Origin: Nitrosopumilus sp.
GTDB lineage: Archaea; Thermoproteota; Nitrososphaeria; Nitrososphaerales; Nitrosopumilaceae
Direction: 5' to 3'
DNA: 64,000 nucleotides
NCBI GenBank assembly: GCA_965206745.1
Contig: OZ242220.1
Coordinates: 576,001-640,000, forward strand
In this document: positions 51,601-58,933 of the stretch, piece after piece
How the letters are laid out: each line of letters opens with the position of its first letter
Position numbering within the stretch: the first letter of the stretch is position 1
Program-made: the position numbers and the translations under genes
Notes under the pieces: generated by a model
The model's database searches: none
Told to the model about the DNA's origin: nothing
The model's input: the letters and a program-made list of their open reading frames with translations, nothing else

Positions 51601-54573
51601 ATGAATTCCCTATACCCAAACAACGGCTCGTTTGACAGTCCCGTCCCATTTGAAACACTGCCTGCCGGGACTGATTCCATGACCTACGAGTTCCAGTGGA
51701 CATTTACAGACGGCACCGGACCATCAGGGAACCAGGACGGCACACTAACTGTAACCAACACCAACCGGCCCCCGACAATAGATCCTATCATCGGCATCAA
51801 CACAGAACCCCATGTGGGAGAGACAGTAGAGTATAACCTGAGAGGTACTGATCCTGACGATGATGTCACAATCTGGGGTATCTCCTCACCTGACCTCGGA
51901 GCTACCATTGACCAAGACGGAATGTTCTCATGGACTCCACGTGAAGAGCATGCAAATATGCAAGTACTAACGTTCACCCTGACAGACTCTATAGACCTGC
52001 CTGTCACAGCTCCTGTCACCTTTACAGTCAACCCAAATAATCTGCCGACATTTACCAGTTACACCCAAACAGTATCTGAAGGCCAAACACCTCTTTCTCT
52101 TTCCAGTGCAGTTACAAACCCTGAGGAGAGTTCACCAGACCCCGTATCCATATACGAAATCATACCCGGAGTCCTGCCTGACTCCATCATGAATTCCCTA
52201 TACCCAAACAACGGCTCGTTTGACAGTCCCGTCCCATTTGAAACACTGCCTGCCGGGACTGATTCCATGACCTACGAGTTCCAGTGGACATTTACAGACG
52301 GCACCGGACCATCAGGGAACCAGGACGGCACACTAACTGTAACCAACCAGAATGTCTCTCCAATGATCAATCCCATTCAATCTTTCCCTTCAATCCTTCT
52401 CATAAATGAGCCAGTATCATTTGCCCTGAGAGGCACTGATCCTGACGGTGATGAAATAATGTGGAGCCTCTCACAACCTAGCCACGGAGCTCATATTACC
52501 CCAGAAGGAGACTTTTCATGGACTCCACGTGAAGAGCATTTAGGTATGCAAGAATTCACATTCACCCTGATTGACAGTCATGACGAACCGGCCATGGCTC
52601 TGACTCAAGCATTCAATGTAGTCGAGTTCAATCTGGTTCTGGCATCTGATTCAGAGTTTGAGTTCCCATCCGGCCAATCCACCGAGCATCTGCTGTTGCT
52701 TGCCGATACTGATTTAAACACAATGAATCTGGACTGGGAGATTCGCAGTGTTTTCCAGTCTGGCAGTATGGTTGATAATCCTGGAATAACACTCGAATCC
52801 GGCGATGTAACTGGTCTAAACGGGGAGGTATTGTACACAACTAACGGCTTTCTGACTTGGAATCCTTTACATGACCTAATCGGCGAATCATACCAGGTGC
52901 AAGTACGGGCAGCAGATGGAACATCTGACACTACACAGGTTGGGATTGTTGATGTTGTCGTTGTTGACAATATAGATCCCGTAATCACATTTGCCAATCT
53001 GCTAACTACTAGTGACTCTGCTGGAACCACAGCTGACTTTGTTGAAGCAAGTGACAACAACCCAAATGATGACTTTGTTGATGAGCCCACCGCCGATGAT
53101 CCAAACCCGGAACCTCGCCTTACATGTGTCAGAGACGATGACACTCCCATAGCAAACGGTGACTTGCTGGCAATTGACTCTCACACCATTACCTGTACTG
53201 CCATTGATCTGTCTGGAAATCAGGCCGAGCTTACCCAAACCGTCATAGTCGACTATGACGCAGACGCACTGTCTGCCATTGGCTCATATGCAGAAACTGT
53301 ACCAGAGGGATCATTCATTCCTCCCCTCTCAAGCGTGGTTACAGTCCCGTCCCGAGATCTGCCGGCCTCTGTATCCATATACCGAATCGAATCCGACGAG
53401 TTACCTGAAGATATCATATCTTCTCTGAATAACCAAACCGGTGCATTTTCAGCACAGTTTTCATGCAGTGCCGTACTTGCCGGGGAGGATCCCGTAACCT
53501 ATCCCTTCACCTTTACATTTGAGGATGACATTACAAAATCAGACCCGCAGGATGGAACAATAACGGTATCCCACAATCCGAGATGCGGCCTTGGCAGTGG
53601 CAGCTCAAATGACTGGAAGAAAAAGCCGACCTTTGGCATGTCATGGGAGGTATCCTCTGATCAGCTAGTCGATGACGGCTTTACCTTCAACGGCTACACC
53701 CTGGACATCACTGACAACTGGCACACTGATTTTACAAGGACATCATCGATAATCGGTGAGATAAACAGTGTGACTATGAAGGCATATGCCGCTGACGGAT
53801 TCAGGTATGTCGTCTTGTCCCTTGGAGTGCCCGAGATTGGCATGGCCCCTGATGCAGAGACTGACATCATACTGATGCTGAATCGAAACTATACCAATCC
53901 GGACGACTATGATATCGTGGAGATAATTCACGAGCAAAAAGAGTCCCTGATCGACGAGAGCAGGACTACTGCCACAGTCAAAAGGGTGCTGTGCAATGCA
54001 GACTCTGAAACCCCGTGCCACTCCTTTGAGATATCCTTCAAGGTTGATGCGCCACTAAAGTCCGACGTGCTGGCAATATCTGCAGTCGATTCGAAGCGAC
54101 GCAGCACCGTAACGTTCATCAACGAGGGCGTAGAGTTTACAGGAGATGCAATACTTGCGCCAAACACGCACTATATGATACAGAAAAAGACAAACCAGGG
54201 ACCTGCAGAGATAATCACACTGACCCAGCAGGACAGGAGATACAACATCTGGGAGGATGACTCTGGATACCTGTGGTTCCAAAATGATCACGGCAGCTGG
54301 TTCTCAATTACCGCACCAGAGACTGAGCGATTCACAGACGGTGCTGTCCATGTGATGACCAGACTGCACTCAAACTTTGGAAACCTGATGCAGCACGAGC
54401 GGGAGAAGGCCGCCCTGGTATTTGATGCAAGCAAGCTGATCTCGGTGCCTGACCAGTCCTTTAGCCATGACTATTCCGATGTCCAGTATGGCGTTACAAA
54501 GTTTGAAAAACTGGCAGATGAACTGCACATAGAGCAGGGCAAGGCGCAGAGAATAATGGAACTGTTAAGATAG
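42679..54573 (+). CDS. Giant secreted/surface protein (~3,960 aa) of Ig/cadherin-like domains, with an HYR-like domain and a distinct C-terminal domain
   Basis: Signal peptide ending PAFA-Q; repeated NRPP...DPDDD...G.FSWTP...FTLTD modules; HYR-like DNIDPVI...TITCTAIDLSGN; ORF uninterrupted for ~11.9 kb. Confidence 0.92.
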   Translation: MNGTWGIISVICLGLSFGVIPAFAQTDNPIIFPTAFSESDRTGHTPDIFVFQFSRADPSNGAWQIRSDTDGCRILPRDIHPQSGVFTWQIPLLSEPTTCEVTVSRTGNDPTSRQFELHIYRTIVLPRVDITEGQVPPSLSTIIPNSNEGVPDSVSKYEITRPSGIHIQRNEQVDLFAEMLASLDEETGDFSRSLACDAIRDGHEFADFDFLLRFEDSTDVTFGLGLMRISNAENCNQRPTFSPEYDADIFVGDTIPSLADTVNNPDHPSDPISRYRITDRGSEPSLPDYIVESLDPNTGEFSAPFLCASIGSDVQREFSFDWTFADGTGEYAQPGMIRVTNGDACTFDRAYAVELLEGQIPPPLSDSIPNFEDPQDPATEYSIDQGNLSNPLPDYIVESLNPTTGEFTAPFACDTLPNSDGGSTSRVPFDWTFENSDVDSGTQLGSMTVLEDLNCNDIPTFTQYSSTVSEGVVPLSLSSAVINPDLVQGDPVSVYRIKSGDLPQSFIDSLNANSEFADHGTFDSFSFDTVSTQQGSRVFEFVWTFEDGTGESGNQNGILTVNNMNRAPTIDDPISNFPSFLRTNELVSFPLMGIDPDDDTLIWDISSPDLGASIDQDGIFSWTPLEQHVGMNEFTFTLTDSVLTAVPRSHTFDVRIPPTIVEYRETVSENGPIPSLSSVVTNPDANLADAPSIYRIKSGNLPESIMNSLENNGRFDTTFPFNTTNNAQSSRVFEFVWTFEGNTGESGNQNGKITVTNFNRPPTIQPPSNNFRVHDVDQHITFNLTGHDPDTDTGTGDPPPIWDVSDNSIIDTGAIIHQNGTFSWISDSRFDGEDPFRFTFTLTDVGNKQAETFVTVRITTDPIIAPDGSSTETEGNLVSTQFGEDGPGPRTCTTDSILPESLTLTVTNRSTKCILTGTLSLDAITNGLTSQEFPIVYITNTTGIFASGTHTLTVKELPLFDSYEETVAEGDTLPSLYSTVIDPDLIPETISGYTVRDGNLPPYITDLLNPVTGEFDGTIPFDAVTSAQGFVTFDFDWIFTDGIGSSGMQSGTITVTNTNRPPTINTGQDDVGTTRDEHELVMFTLDGSDDDTATGDDPPIWRVSSADTAANDNATIMDNRDFRWTPDDSHGSSTITFTFTLDDSVAEPVTRNIKFDVREVNIRPTLSEPYFVNVTEGGEISRSLSDVIVDPDEIPSTIMMYGLASDQTLPLGIMLNSDGSFSGTVSRDATTATDSPQIYEFDYTYDDGTIPPFSSTGMINVTNANQLPIIDPITGINTEPHVGETVEYNLRGTDPDDDVTIWGISSPDLGATIDQDGMFSWTPREEHANMQVLTFTLTDSIDLPVTAPVTFTVNPNNLPTFTSYTQTVSEGQTPLSLSSAVTNPEESSPDPVSIYEIIPGVLPDSIMNSLYPNNGSFDSPVPFETLPAGTDSMTYEFQWTFTDGTGPSGNQDGTLTVTNTNRPPTIDPIIGINTEPHVGETVEYNLRGTDPDDDVTIWGISSPDLGATIDQDGMFSWTPREEHANMQVLTFTLTDSIDLPVTAPVTFTVNPNNLPTFTSYTQTVSEGQTPLSLSSAVTNPEESSPDPVSIYEIIPGVLPDSIMGSLYPNNGSFDSPVPFETLPAGTDSMTYEFQWTFTDGTGPSGNQDGTLTVTNTNRPPTIDPIIGINTEPHVGETVLFDLEGTDPDDDVTIWGISSPDLGATIDQDGMFSWTPREEHANMQVLTFTLTDSIDLPVTAPVTFTVNPNNLPTFTSYTQTVSEGQTPLSLSSAVTNPEESSPDPVSIYEIIPGVLPDSIMGSLYPNNGSFDSPVPFETLPAGTDSMTYEFQWTFTDGTGPSGNQDGTLTVTNTNRPPTIDPIIGINTEPHVGETVLFDLEGTDPDDDVTIWGISSPDLGATIDQDGMFSWTPREEHANMQVLTFTLTDSIDLPVTAPVTFTVNPNNLPTFTSYTQTVSEGQTPLSLSSAVTNPEESSPDPVSIYEIIPGVLPDSIMGSLYPNNGSFDSPVPFETLPAGTDSMTYEFQWTFTDGTGPSGNQDGTLTVTNTNRPPTIDPIIGINTEPHVGETVLFDLEGTDPDDDVTIWGISSPDLGATIDQDGMFSWTPREEHANMQVLTFTLTDSIDLPVTAPVTFTVNPNNLPTFTSYTQTVSEGQTPLSLSSAVTNPEESSPDPVSIYEIIPGVLPDSIMGSLYPNNGSFDSPVPFETLPAGTDSMTYEFQWTFTDGTGPSGNQDGTLTVTNTNRPPTIDPIIGINTEPHVGETVLFDLEGTDPDDDVTIWGISSPDLGATIDQDGMFSWTPREEHANMQVLTFTLTDSIDLPVTAPVTFTVNPNNLPTFTSYTQTVSEGQTPLSLSSAVTNPEESSPDPVSIYEIIPGVLPDSIMGSLYPNNGSFDSPVPFETLPAGTDSMTYEFQWTFTDGTGPSGNQDGTLTVTNTNRPPTIDPIIGINTEPHVGETVLFDLEGTDPDDDVTIWGISSPDLGATIDQDGMFSWTPREEHANMQVLTFTLTDSIGPPVTAPVTFTVNPNNLPTFTSYTQTVSEGQTPLSLSSAVTNPEESSPDPVSIYEIIPGVLPDSIMNSLYPNNGSFDSPVPFETLPAGTDSMTYEFQWTFTDGTGPSGNQDGTLTVTNTNRPPTIDPIIGINTEPHVGETVLFDLEGTDPDDDVTIWGISSPDLGATIDQDGMFSWTPREEHANMQVLTFTLTDSIDLPVTAPVTFTVNPNNLPTFTSYTQTVSEGQTPLSLSSAVTNPEESSPDPVSIYEIIPGVLPDSIMGSLYPNNGSFDSPVPFETLPAGTDSMTYEFQWTFTDGTGPSGNQDGTLTVTNTNRPPTIDPIIGINTEPHVGETVLFDLEGTDPDDDVTIWGISSPDLGATIDQDGMFSWTPREEHANMQVLTFTLTDSIDLPVTAPVTFTVNPNNLPTFTSYTQTVSEGQTPLSLSSAVTNPEESSPDPVSIYEIIPGVLPDSIMNSLYPNNGSFDSPVPFETLPAGTDSMTYEFQWTFTDGTGPSGNQDGTLTVTNTNRPPTIDPIIGINTEPHVGETVEYNLRGTDPDDDVTIWGISSPDLGATIDQDGMFSWTPREEHANMQVLTFTLTDSIDLPVTAPVTFTVNPNNLPTFTSYTQTVSEGQTPLSLSSAVTNPEESSPDPVSIYEIIPGVLPDSIMNSLYPNNGSFDSPVPFETLPAGTDSMTYEFQWTFTDGTGPSGNQDGTLTVTNQNVSPMINPIQSFPSILLINEPVSFALRGTDPDGDEIMWSLSQPSHGAHITPEGDFSWTPREEHLGMQEFTFTLIDSHDEPAMALTQAFNVVEFNLVLASDSEFEFPSGQSTEHLLLLADTDLNTMNLDWEIRSVFQSGSMVDNPGITLESGDVTGLNGEVLYTTNGFLTWNPLHDLIGESYQVQVRAADGTSDTTQVGIVDVVVVDNIDPVITFANLLTTSDSAGTTADFVEASDNNPNDDFVDEPTADDPNPEPRLTCVRDDDTPIANGDLLAIDSHTITCTAIDLSGNQAELTQTVIVDYDADALSAIGSYAETVPEGSFIPPLSSVVTVPSRDLPASVSIYRIESDELPEDIISSLNNQTGAFSAQFSCSAVLAGEDPVTYPFTFTFEDDITKSDPQDGTITVSHNPRCGLGSGSSNDWKKKPTFGMSWEVSSDQLVDDGFTFNGYTLDITDNWHTDFTRTSSIIGEINSVTMKAYAADGFRYVVLSLGVPEIGMAPDAETDIILMLNRNYTNPDDYDIVEIIHEQKESLIDESRTTATVKRVLCNADSETPCHSFEISFKVDAPLKSDVLAISAVDSKRRSTVTFINEGVEFTGDAILAPNTHYMIQKKTNQGPAEIITLTQQDRRYNIWEDDSGYLWFQNDHGSWFSITAPETERFTDGAVHVMTRLHSNFGNLMQHEREKAALVFDASKLISVPDQSFSHDYSDVQYGVTKFEKLADELHIEQGKAQRIMELLR
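46462..52345 (+). repeat. Ten tandem near-identical 588-bp (196-aa) repeats inside the giant gene
   Basis: Antisense shadow ORFs recur exactly every 588 nt (46767, 47355 ... 52059); copies differ at only a few sites. Confidence 0.97.
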
Positions 54574-54835
54574 TTTTAATTCTGCCGGCTCGGGGTTTTG
54601 TAATGTTTGGGACTGGGTAATTTCAGCGCCAAAGGGTAATCTTGATTTTATGCAAAGGCAGCCTTGCCAAAGTCATCTGGCAAAACCATGAAACTGACAC
54701 ATTCTGTGGACTACAGTCTAGTGCACAGTAGTATGTCTCCATGACATGCCTTGATTCAAGAACCAAGCCGTCCCTTGATTGCAGAGGATGCATTCGCTGG
54801 ATAAACCATCTGTCATAAATTTAGAATAAAAAAAA

Positions 54836-55231
54836 TTAACATAAAGACATTAGTTCGTCTTTAAGATTTTGGTCGTAAGAGTTAGCCTCACCAGCATCGT
54901 CTGTGCATGTGTACACGATGTATGATTCCTTGCTCTCTTTGTTGTAATCAATCTTCAGTGTAGCATCGTCTGCCATCAACCAGTACTCATAGTCTAGTCC
55001 CAGATTGTGTAACTCTTCGGTATATTCCGGATGCTTTTGGATGAACATCTGGCTCTCCTCATAGTCTAGGAACATGGTCTTTGTTTGATCCGCATTTGCG
55101 TCTTCCATATTCAACTCTGTGATGTCATCAGCCATGGAGACAAACGGAGTAATTATTAGCGCTCCGACCCCTCCTATTGTGACTGCGATGATAACTACTA
55201 CTGCAATTATGACCTTGTAGATCGTCTTCAT
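54836..55231 (-). CDS. Hypothetical membrane-anchored acidic protein
   Basis: ATG at 55231 (MKTIYKVIIAVVVIIAV...) gives an N-terminal TM plus acidic domain with two Cys. Confidence 0.7.
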   Translation of the reverse strand: MKTIYKVIIAVVVIIAVTIGGVGALIITPFVSMADDITELNMEDANADQTKTMFLDYEESQMFIQKHPEYTEELHNLGLDYEYWLMADDATLKIDYNKESKESYIVYTCTDDAGEANSYDQNLKDELMSLC

Positions 55232-55357
55232 TATCCCTCGTCTAAGTGGCTTCAATATTAGTGTGTAAGATGTGGTATTTTTGATGCATTTGTAAAGCAT
55301 GTCGTTTTTTTGAGATTTGAAAAAATGTTTTTATAATGATTAAAAATCAACACACTC

Positions 55358-55558
55358 ATGGAACGCTCAGCTTGGTGGTTTTTGCTGCCATTGGTTTTAG
55401 GTGTGCTGGGCTCTGTAATTGCATACTCTCAGATACGCAAAGATGATCCGGATATGGTAAAATGGATATGGGTAACAGGCGCTGTCATGACTATCGCGCT
55501 GGCATTAACTAGTATATCCCCCGAACTTGTAGTGCCAGAACCATTTATGGATTTGTAG
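55358..55558 (+). CDS. Small two-TM membrane protein
   Basis: RSAWWFLLPLVLGVLGSVIAY...KDDPDM pattern; TTTTATAA TATA upstream. Confidence 0.7.
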   Translation: MERSAWWFLLPLVLGVLGSVIAYSQIRKDDPDMVKWIWVTGAVMTIALALTSISPELVVPEPFMDL

Positions 55559-55863
55559 GGGAAGACTCACACGGTACAACTCATGTTTGCCCAAAAGATA
55601 TCTTGGAATACCAGAGTTATGTGAGGAATCACAATCTTTTTTTAGAATTTTAATCTGACCTTGAGCAGGACCCAAAAGTCTAGTGTTCCCATTTACCGAA
55701 ACTCACTTTGTGGATTCAAGCATTGCCTGGACATGTCTGATATGGTTGGGAATCTAGACTGTGAAATTATACTGTGTACTTGGAGATTCTTCCATTTGAT
55801 GCATTCTATGAATTTTGGGAAAATGTTTCCATACTAATATACCTGAGATCCTCAAACCATCTA

Positions 55864-56559
55864 ATGGCCATACATTACAAGCATGTGATGCTCTGCTCTG
55901 TTATTTTGCTCTCTGTCATGCCGTTGATTGTGCCTGCCGCATTTGGTCATGGTGGTAATCCCGGTGTCGATAGGGCGCCACCGATTAACTTTGAAGACAA
56001 AAATGTAACTGTCAAGGCAAAAATGAATCCGTCAGATATGACCGTTGGGGATTTTACCAATACGTTTTTGGAGTTGCAGTTTGTTGATGTTATCACCGAA
56101 GTCCATCCGACACGGATCTCAGGAATGAACTGTACGGATATTGAGATGGACGGGATGTTTGAGTGCAGCAGGGATGTGCCGTTTTCCCAAGTGACATACC
56201 TGGTTGGCATTAGCAAACGGGGTGACCTTTTGGCAAGGGAGTCGTTTTATGCCGAAGATGGCATCCTGACTGTTGACATTAGGCCAAAAAATACCTGTGA
56301 TGAGGAACCGGTATACAAATGCAGCAATACCTACGGCGTAAAGCATCCCATTGCTGGAGGCTTGCATGCATTTGGGCAGAACAATCCTGTAATTGACGGC
56401 CCGATATTTACAAAGGGCGGCCTGTATCATATTGAGGTGGAGATTATTGGTGCCGGCAGTGTCAGGTCCAACCTGCTAGACCCCCTGGAGTTTGATTTGT
56501 ACGTCTCCATTGCAGAAGAGTTTACATTTTACGTTGATTACCCTGCAGGCAATACGTGA
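55864..56559 (+). CDS. Secreted protein resembling the N-terminal part of thaumarchaeal exported proteins; no C-terminal anchor
   Basis: Signal peptide ...VPAAFG-HG; DRAPPI, PSDMTVG, LLARESFY..DG.L.V, GPIFTKGGLY. Confidence 0.7.
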   Translation: MAIHYKHVMLCSVILLSVMPLIVPAAFGHGGNPGVDRAPPINFEDKNVTVKAKMNPSDMTVGDFTNTFLELQFVDVITEVHPTRISGMNCTDIEMDGMFECSRDVPFSQVTYLVGISKRGDLLARESFYAEDGILTVDIRPKNTCDEEPVYKCSNTYGVKHPIAGGLHAFGQNNPVIDGPIFTKGGLYHIEVEIIGAGSVRSNLLDPLEFDLYVSIAEEFTFYVDYPAGNT

Positions 56560-56784
56560 GTGCTAGTTTTGTTGTGCAGGCCTCAATCTTTTTTATTAGA
56601 ATATGATCCGTCAACTTTATGACCTGCGTTCTGACATGGACTGTCTACTGGAAGAACATCATAGATGAGGTTATTGGGATAATTTGGTAAGTGGTTTTAT
56701 ACATATTTTTAGTGAAAATTTTTTAATGTTCTGATTTACATCGATCTACATATAAATTATTATTATTTTTCAGAAACACTTAGC

Positions 56785-58050
56785 ATGAACAAAATAACCC
56801 ACATGACAATAAATGGATTTAAAAGCATAGTAGATAATGATATTGATTTACGTTCTCTAAATGTTTTGATTGGCCCAAATGGCTCTGGAAAAACAAATTT
56901 TCTTGAATTTTTTAAATACTTGAAAGAAACATTGGGTACTTCATCAATTCCTTCATATCCTTTTGCATCTTGGGGAGGATATCGGAATATAGCACATAAT
57001 TTTAACACAGAGAAAGCCATGGAAATAAAAATTCAAGGGGTTGTTGATGACACTAATTACACGTACATGTCTAAAGCAATAATTACTAATGAGATTCCCC
57101 ATTATATTTATGAAAAATTAGAAATAAATGATGTTTGTAATATAACACGTCAGCATAGTGAATTTACAATTGTTTATCCTCAAAAATTAATCTCTAAACT
57201 ACGACAAAATTTTAAAAAAATGAGACCTGAAATGGATAAAAAAATAATGAAATTATTACAAAACTCAGGATCTCAAGAAACATCTATTGATACAAATAAT
57301 TCAATTTTAAATTATATGCATACTTCTTCTTATGCGAGTTCTAATAATCTAACACATGGGCTTATCAACAATAAAATTGCATTTGTATCTGAAATTGTTC
57401 ATAATCCTAATTCCATATCTGATCCAAAATTCATAAAATGTCTTGATTCATTGCGATTTAATGGTGTGATTTTATTACGTTCTATTTGCAATGTTCGTGA
57501 AACATCTTATCCTGGTTTAATTGGACTTGATGAGGACGGACGTGGTCTAGTAAATGTATTGTATTCGTATCGTAGAGAACATGGAACTTTACCATCAAGT
57601 ATAATTAGTGCTATGAGAGAACTCTTTCCAAAATGGCAAATAGATTTCCAATTATCAAATAATGGTATAATTACGTTGATTGGAAGATATGATAATTTGG
57701 AATTTCTGCCAAATTCACTACCTGATGGACTTTTCAAACTCTTGTTAATTTTGACTGCATTAGAGATGCGACCACAAATATTACTAATTGATGAAATTGA
57801 AAACTCTTTGCATATTAACATTATAAAATATATCCTAGATGAATGTGAAAGAAATGAAAATACGACTGTATTTTGTACCAGTCATTCTCCACAAATTATG
57901 GATCTTGTACGTTTAGAAAATATAATTCTTGTAAAACATAAAAATCAACATAGTATTTATTCGCATGTTAAATCATTGGATAGTCTAAAAAAACAATTAA
58001 TAGATACAGATATGACTTTTAGTGACATATATTTTGATGGTAATTTATGA
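56785..58050 (+). CDS. ABC-type ATPase (AAA_21/AAA_15-like)
   Basis: INGFKS, Walker A LIGPNGSGKTN, signature-like LPDG, Walker B LLIDEIENSLH, H-loop TSHSP; very AT-rich. Confidence 0.9.
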   Translation: MNKITHMTINGFKSIVDNDIDLRSLNVLIGPNGSGKTNFLEFFKYLKETLGTSSIPSYPFASWGGYRNIAHNFNTEKAMEIKIQGVVDDTNYTYMSKAIITNEIPHYIYEKLEINDVCNITRQHSEFTIVYPQKLISKLRQNFKKMRPEMDKKIMKLLQNSGSQETSIDTNNSILNYMHTSSYASSNNLTHGLINNKIAFVSEIVHNPNSISDPKFIKCLDSLRFNGVILLRSICNVRETSYPGLIGLDEDGRGLVNVLYSYRREHGTLPSSIISAMRELFPKWQIDFQLSNNGIITLIGRYDNLEFLPNSLPDGLFKLLLILTALEMRPQILLIDEIENSLHINIIKYILDECERNENTTVFCTSHSPQIMDLVRLENIILVKHKNQHSIYSHVKSLDSLKKQLIDTDMTFSDIYFDGNL

Positions 58051-58523
58051 TATATTCGTGTATTGTTGAGGATTCCTATGGAAAATCCTTTTGGCAAAAA
58101 TTTATTCGTAAAAAGAGCAAGATAATAAATTTACCCTGTCCTCGTGAGATAAGTTCTTGTAAATATACAGAACCCAAATTCCATAGATACATTCGCAATT
58201 ATATCCAATCTAAAGATTGTTTTGTTCTAATTTTACTGGATGGTGATGGACATTCATTACCTGAGTTTCAGAATTGTATCCTAAATAGCATAAAGAGTGA
58301 ATATCGTAATAAAATAAAATTATTCCTTTTTGACTACGAGATAGAAGAATGGATTTGTCATGATTTGAACATCAAATATAAAAATTCTAAACCCTCACAA
58401 ATTCTAAAACACAAACAAAAATATGAGAAACACAATTTACCTAACTATGCTGAAAAACTAGATTGCAATAAACTAAAAACATGTGTGAGTTTTGATAGAT
58501 TTTTGAGTACGTTAAAAAATTAA
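58047..58523 (+). CDS. TOPRIM-like partner protein (DUF4276/RloB-like), putative nuclease
   Basis: IVED...LILLDGDG...EIEEWI...SFDRF; ATGA overlap with the ATPase. Confidence 0.7.
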   Translation: MIYSCIVEDSYGKSFWQKFIRKKSKIINLPCPREISSCKYTEPKFHRYIRNYIQSKDCFVLILLDGDGHSLPEFQNCILNSIKSEYRNKIKLFLFDYEIEEWICHDLNIKYKNSKPSQILKHKQKYEKHNLPNYAEKLDCNKLKTCVSFDRFLSTLKN

Positions 58524-58933
58524 TTGTTTTGTATGAATAATATCATTTTAGATCGAATATTTCATTCCATTCTCTTTTAGATTGTTTTTCTGAATTATAT
58601 TGGAGATGCATTTATCTCAAACACTTCCTTGGTGTTTGTTGCATCAATGTGTGATGAAAAATGCAATATTTCTTTATTATTGTACTCTATGAATTTATAC
58701 ATACCATGATCTATTAGATAAAAAATCTATTTGAGTTCATGAGATTGTCTTGATGCCGACAATGAATCATCCTATTTCAAATGGAAGATTTTTTTGAATC
58801 CGAATAGGATTCATATTTAGTGTTCAACCTTCACCAATTTTACAGTATCCATCTACTTGGAAAATGTTTGATTAAAATTCCAACAACACATCCAAATCCG
58901 CCCCTCCGATGCCAGAACCTGCTGGAACCTGAT

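Noticed and set aside
46404-52268. Twenty periodic minus-strand ORFs (MTVKVTG..., MESVPAG...)
   Set aside because: Antisense shadows of the 588-bp coding repeat; no independent coding signal
46462-52345. Repeat array as a CRISPR array or DGR template/variable repeat
   Set aside because: Units are 588 bp, in frame and without unique spacers; differences are not adenine-specific, and no cas or reverse transcriptase gene is in the window
54704-54728. Imperfect palindrome CTGTG-GACTA-CAGTC-TAGTG-CACAG after the giant gene
   Set aside because: Single short imperfect hairpin; no convincing second copy or IS/MITE ends
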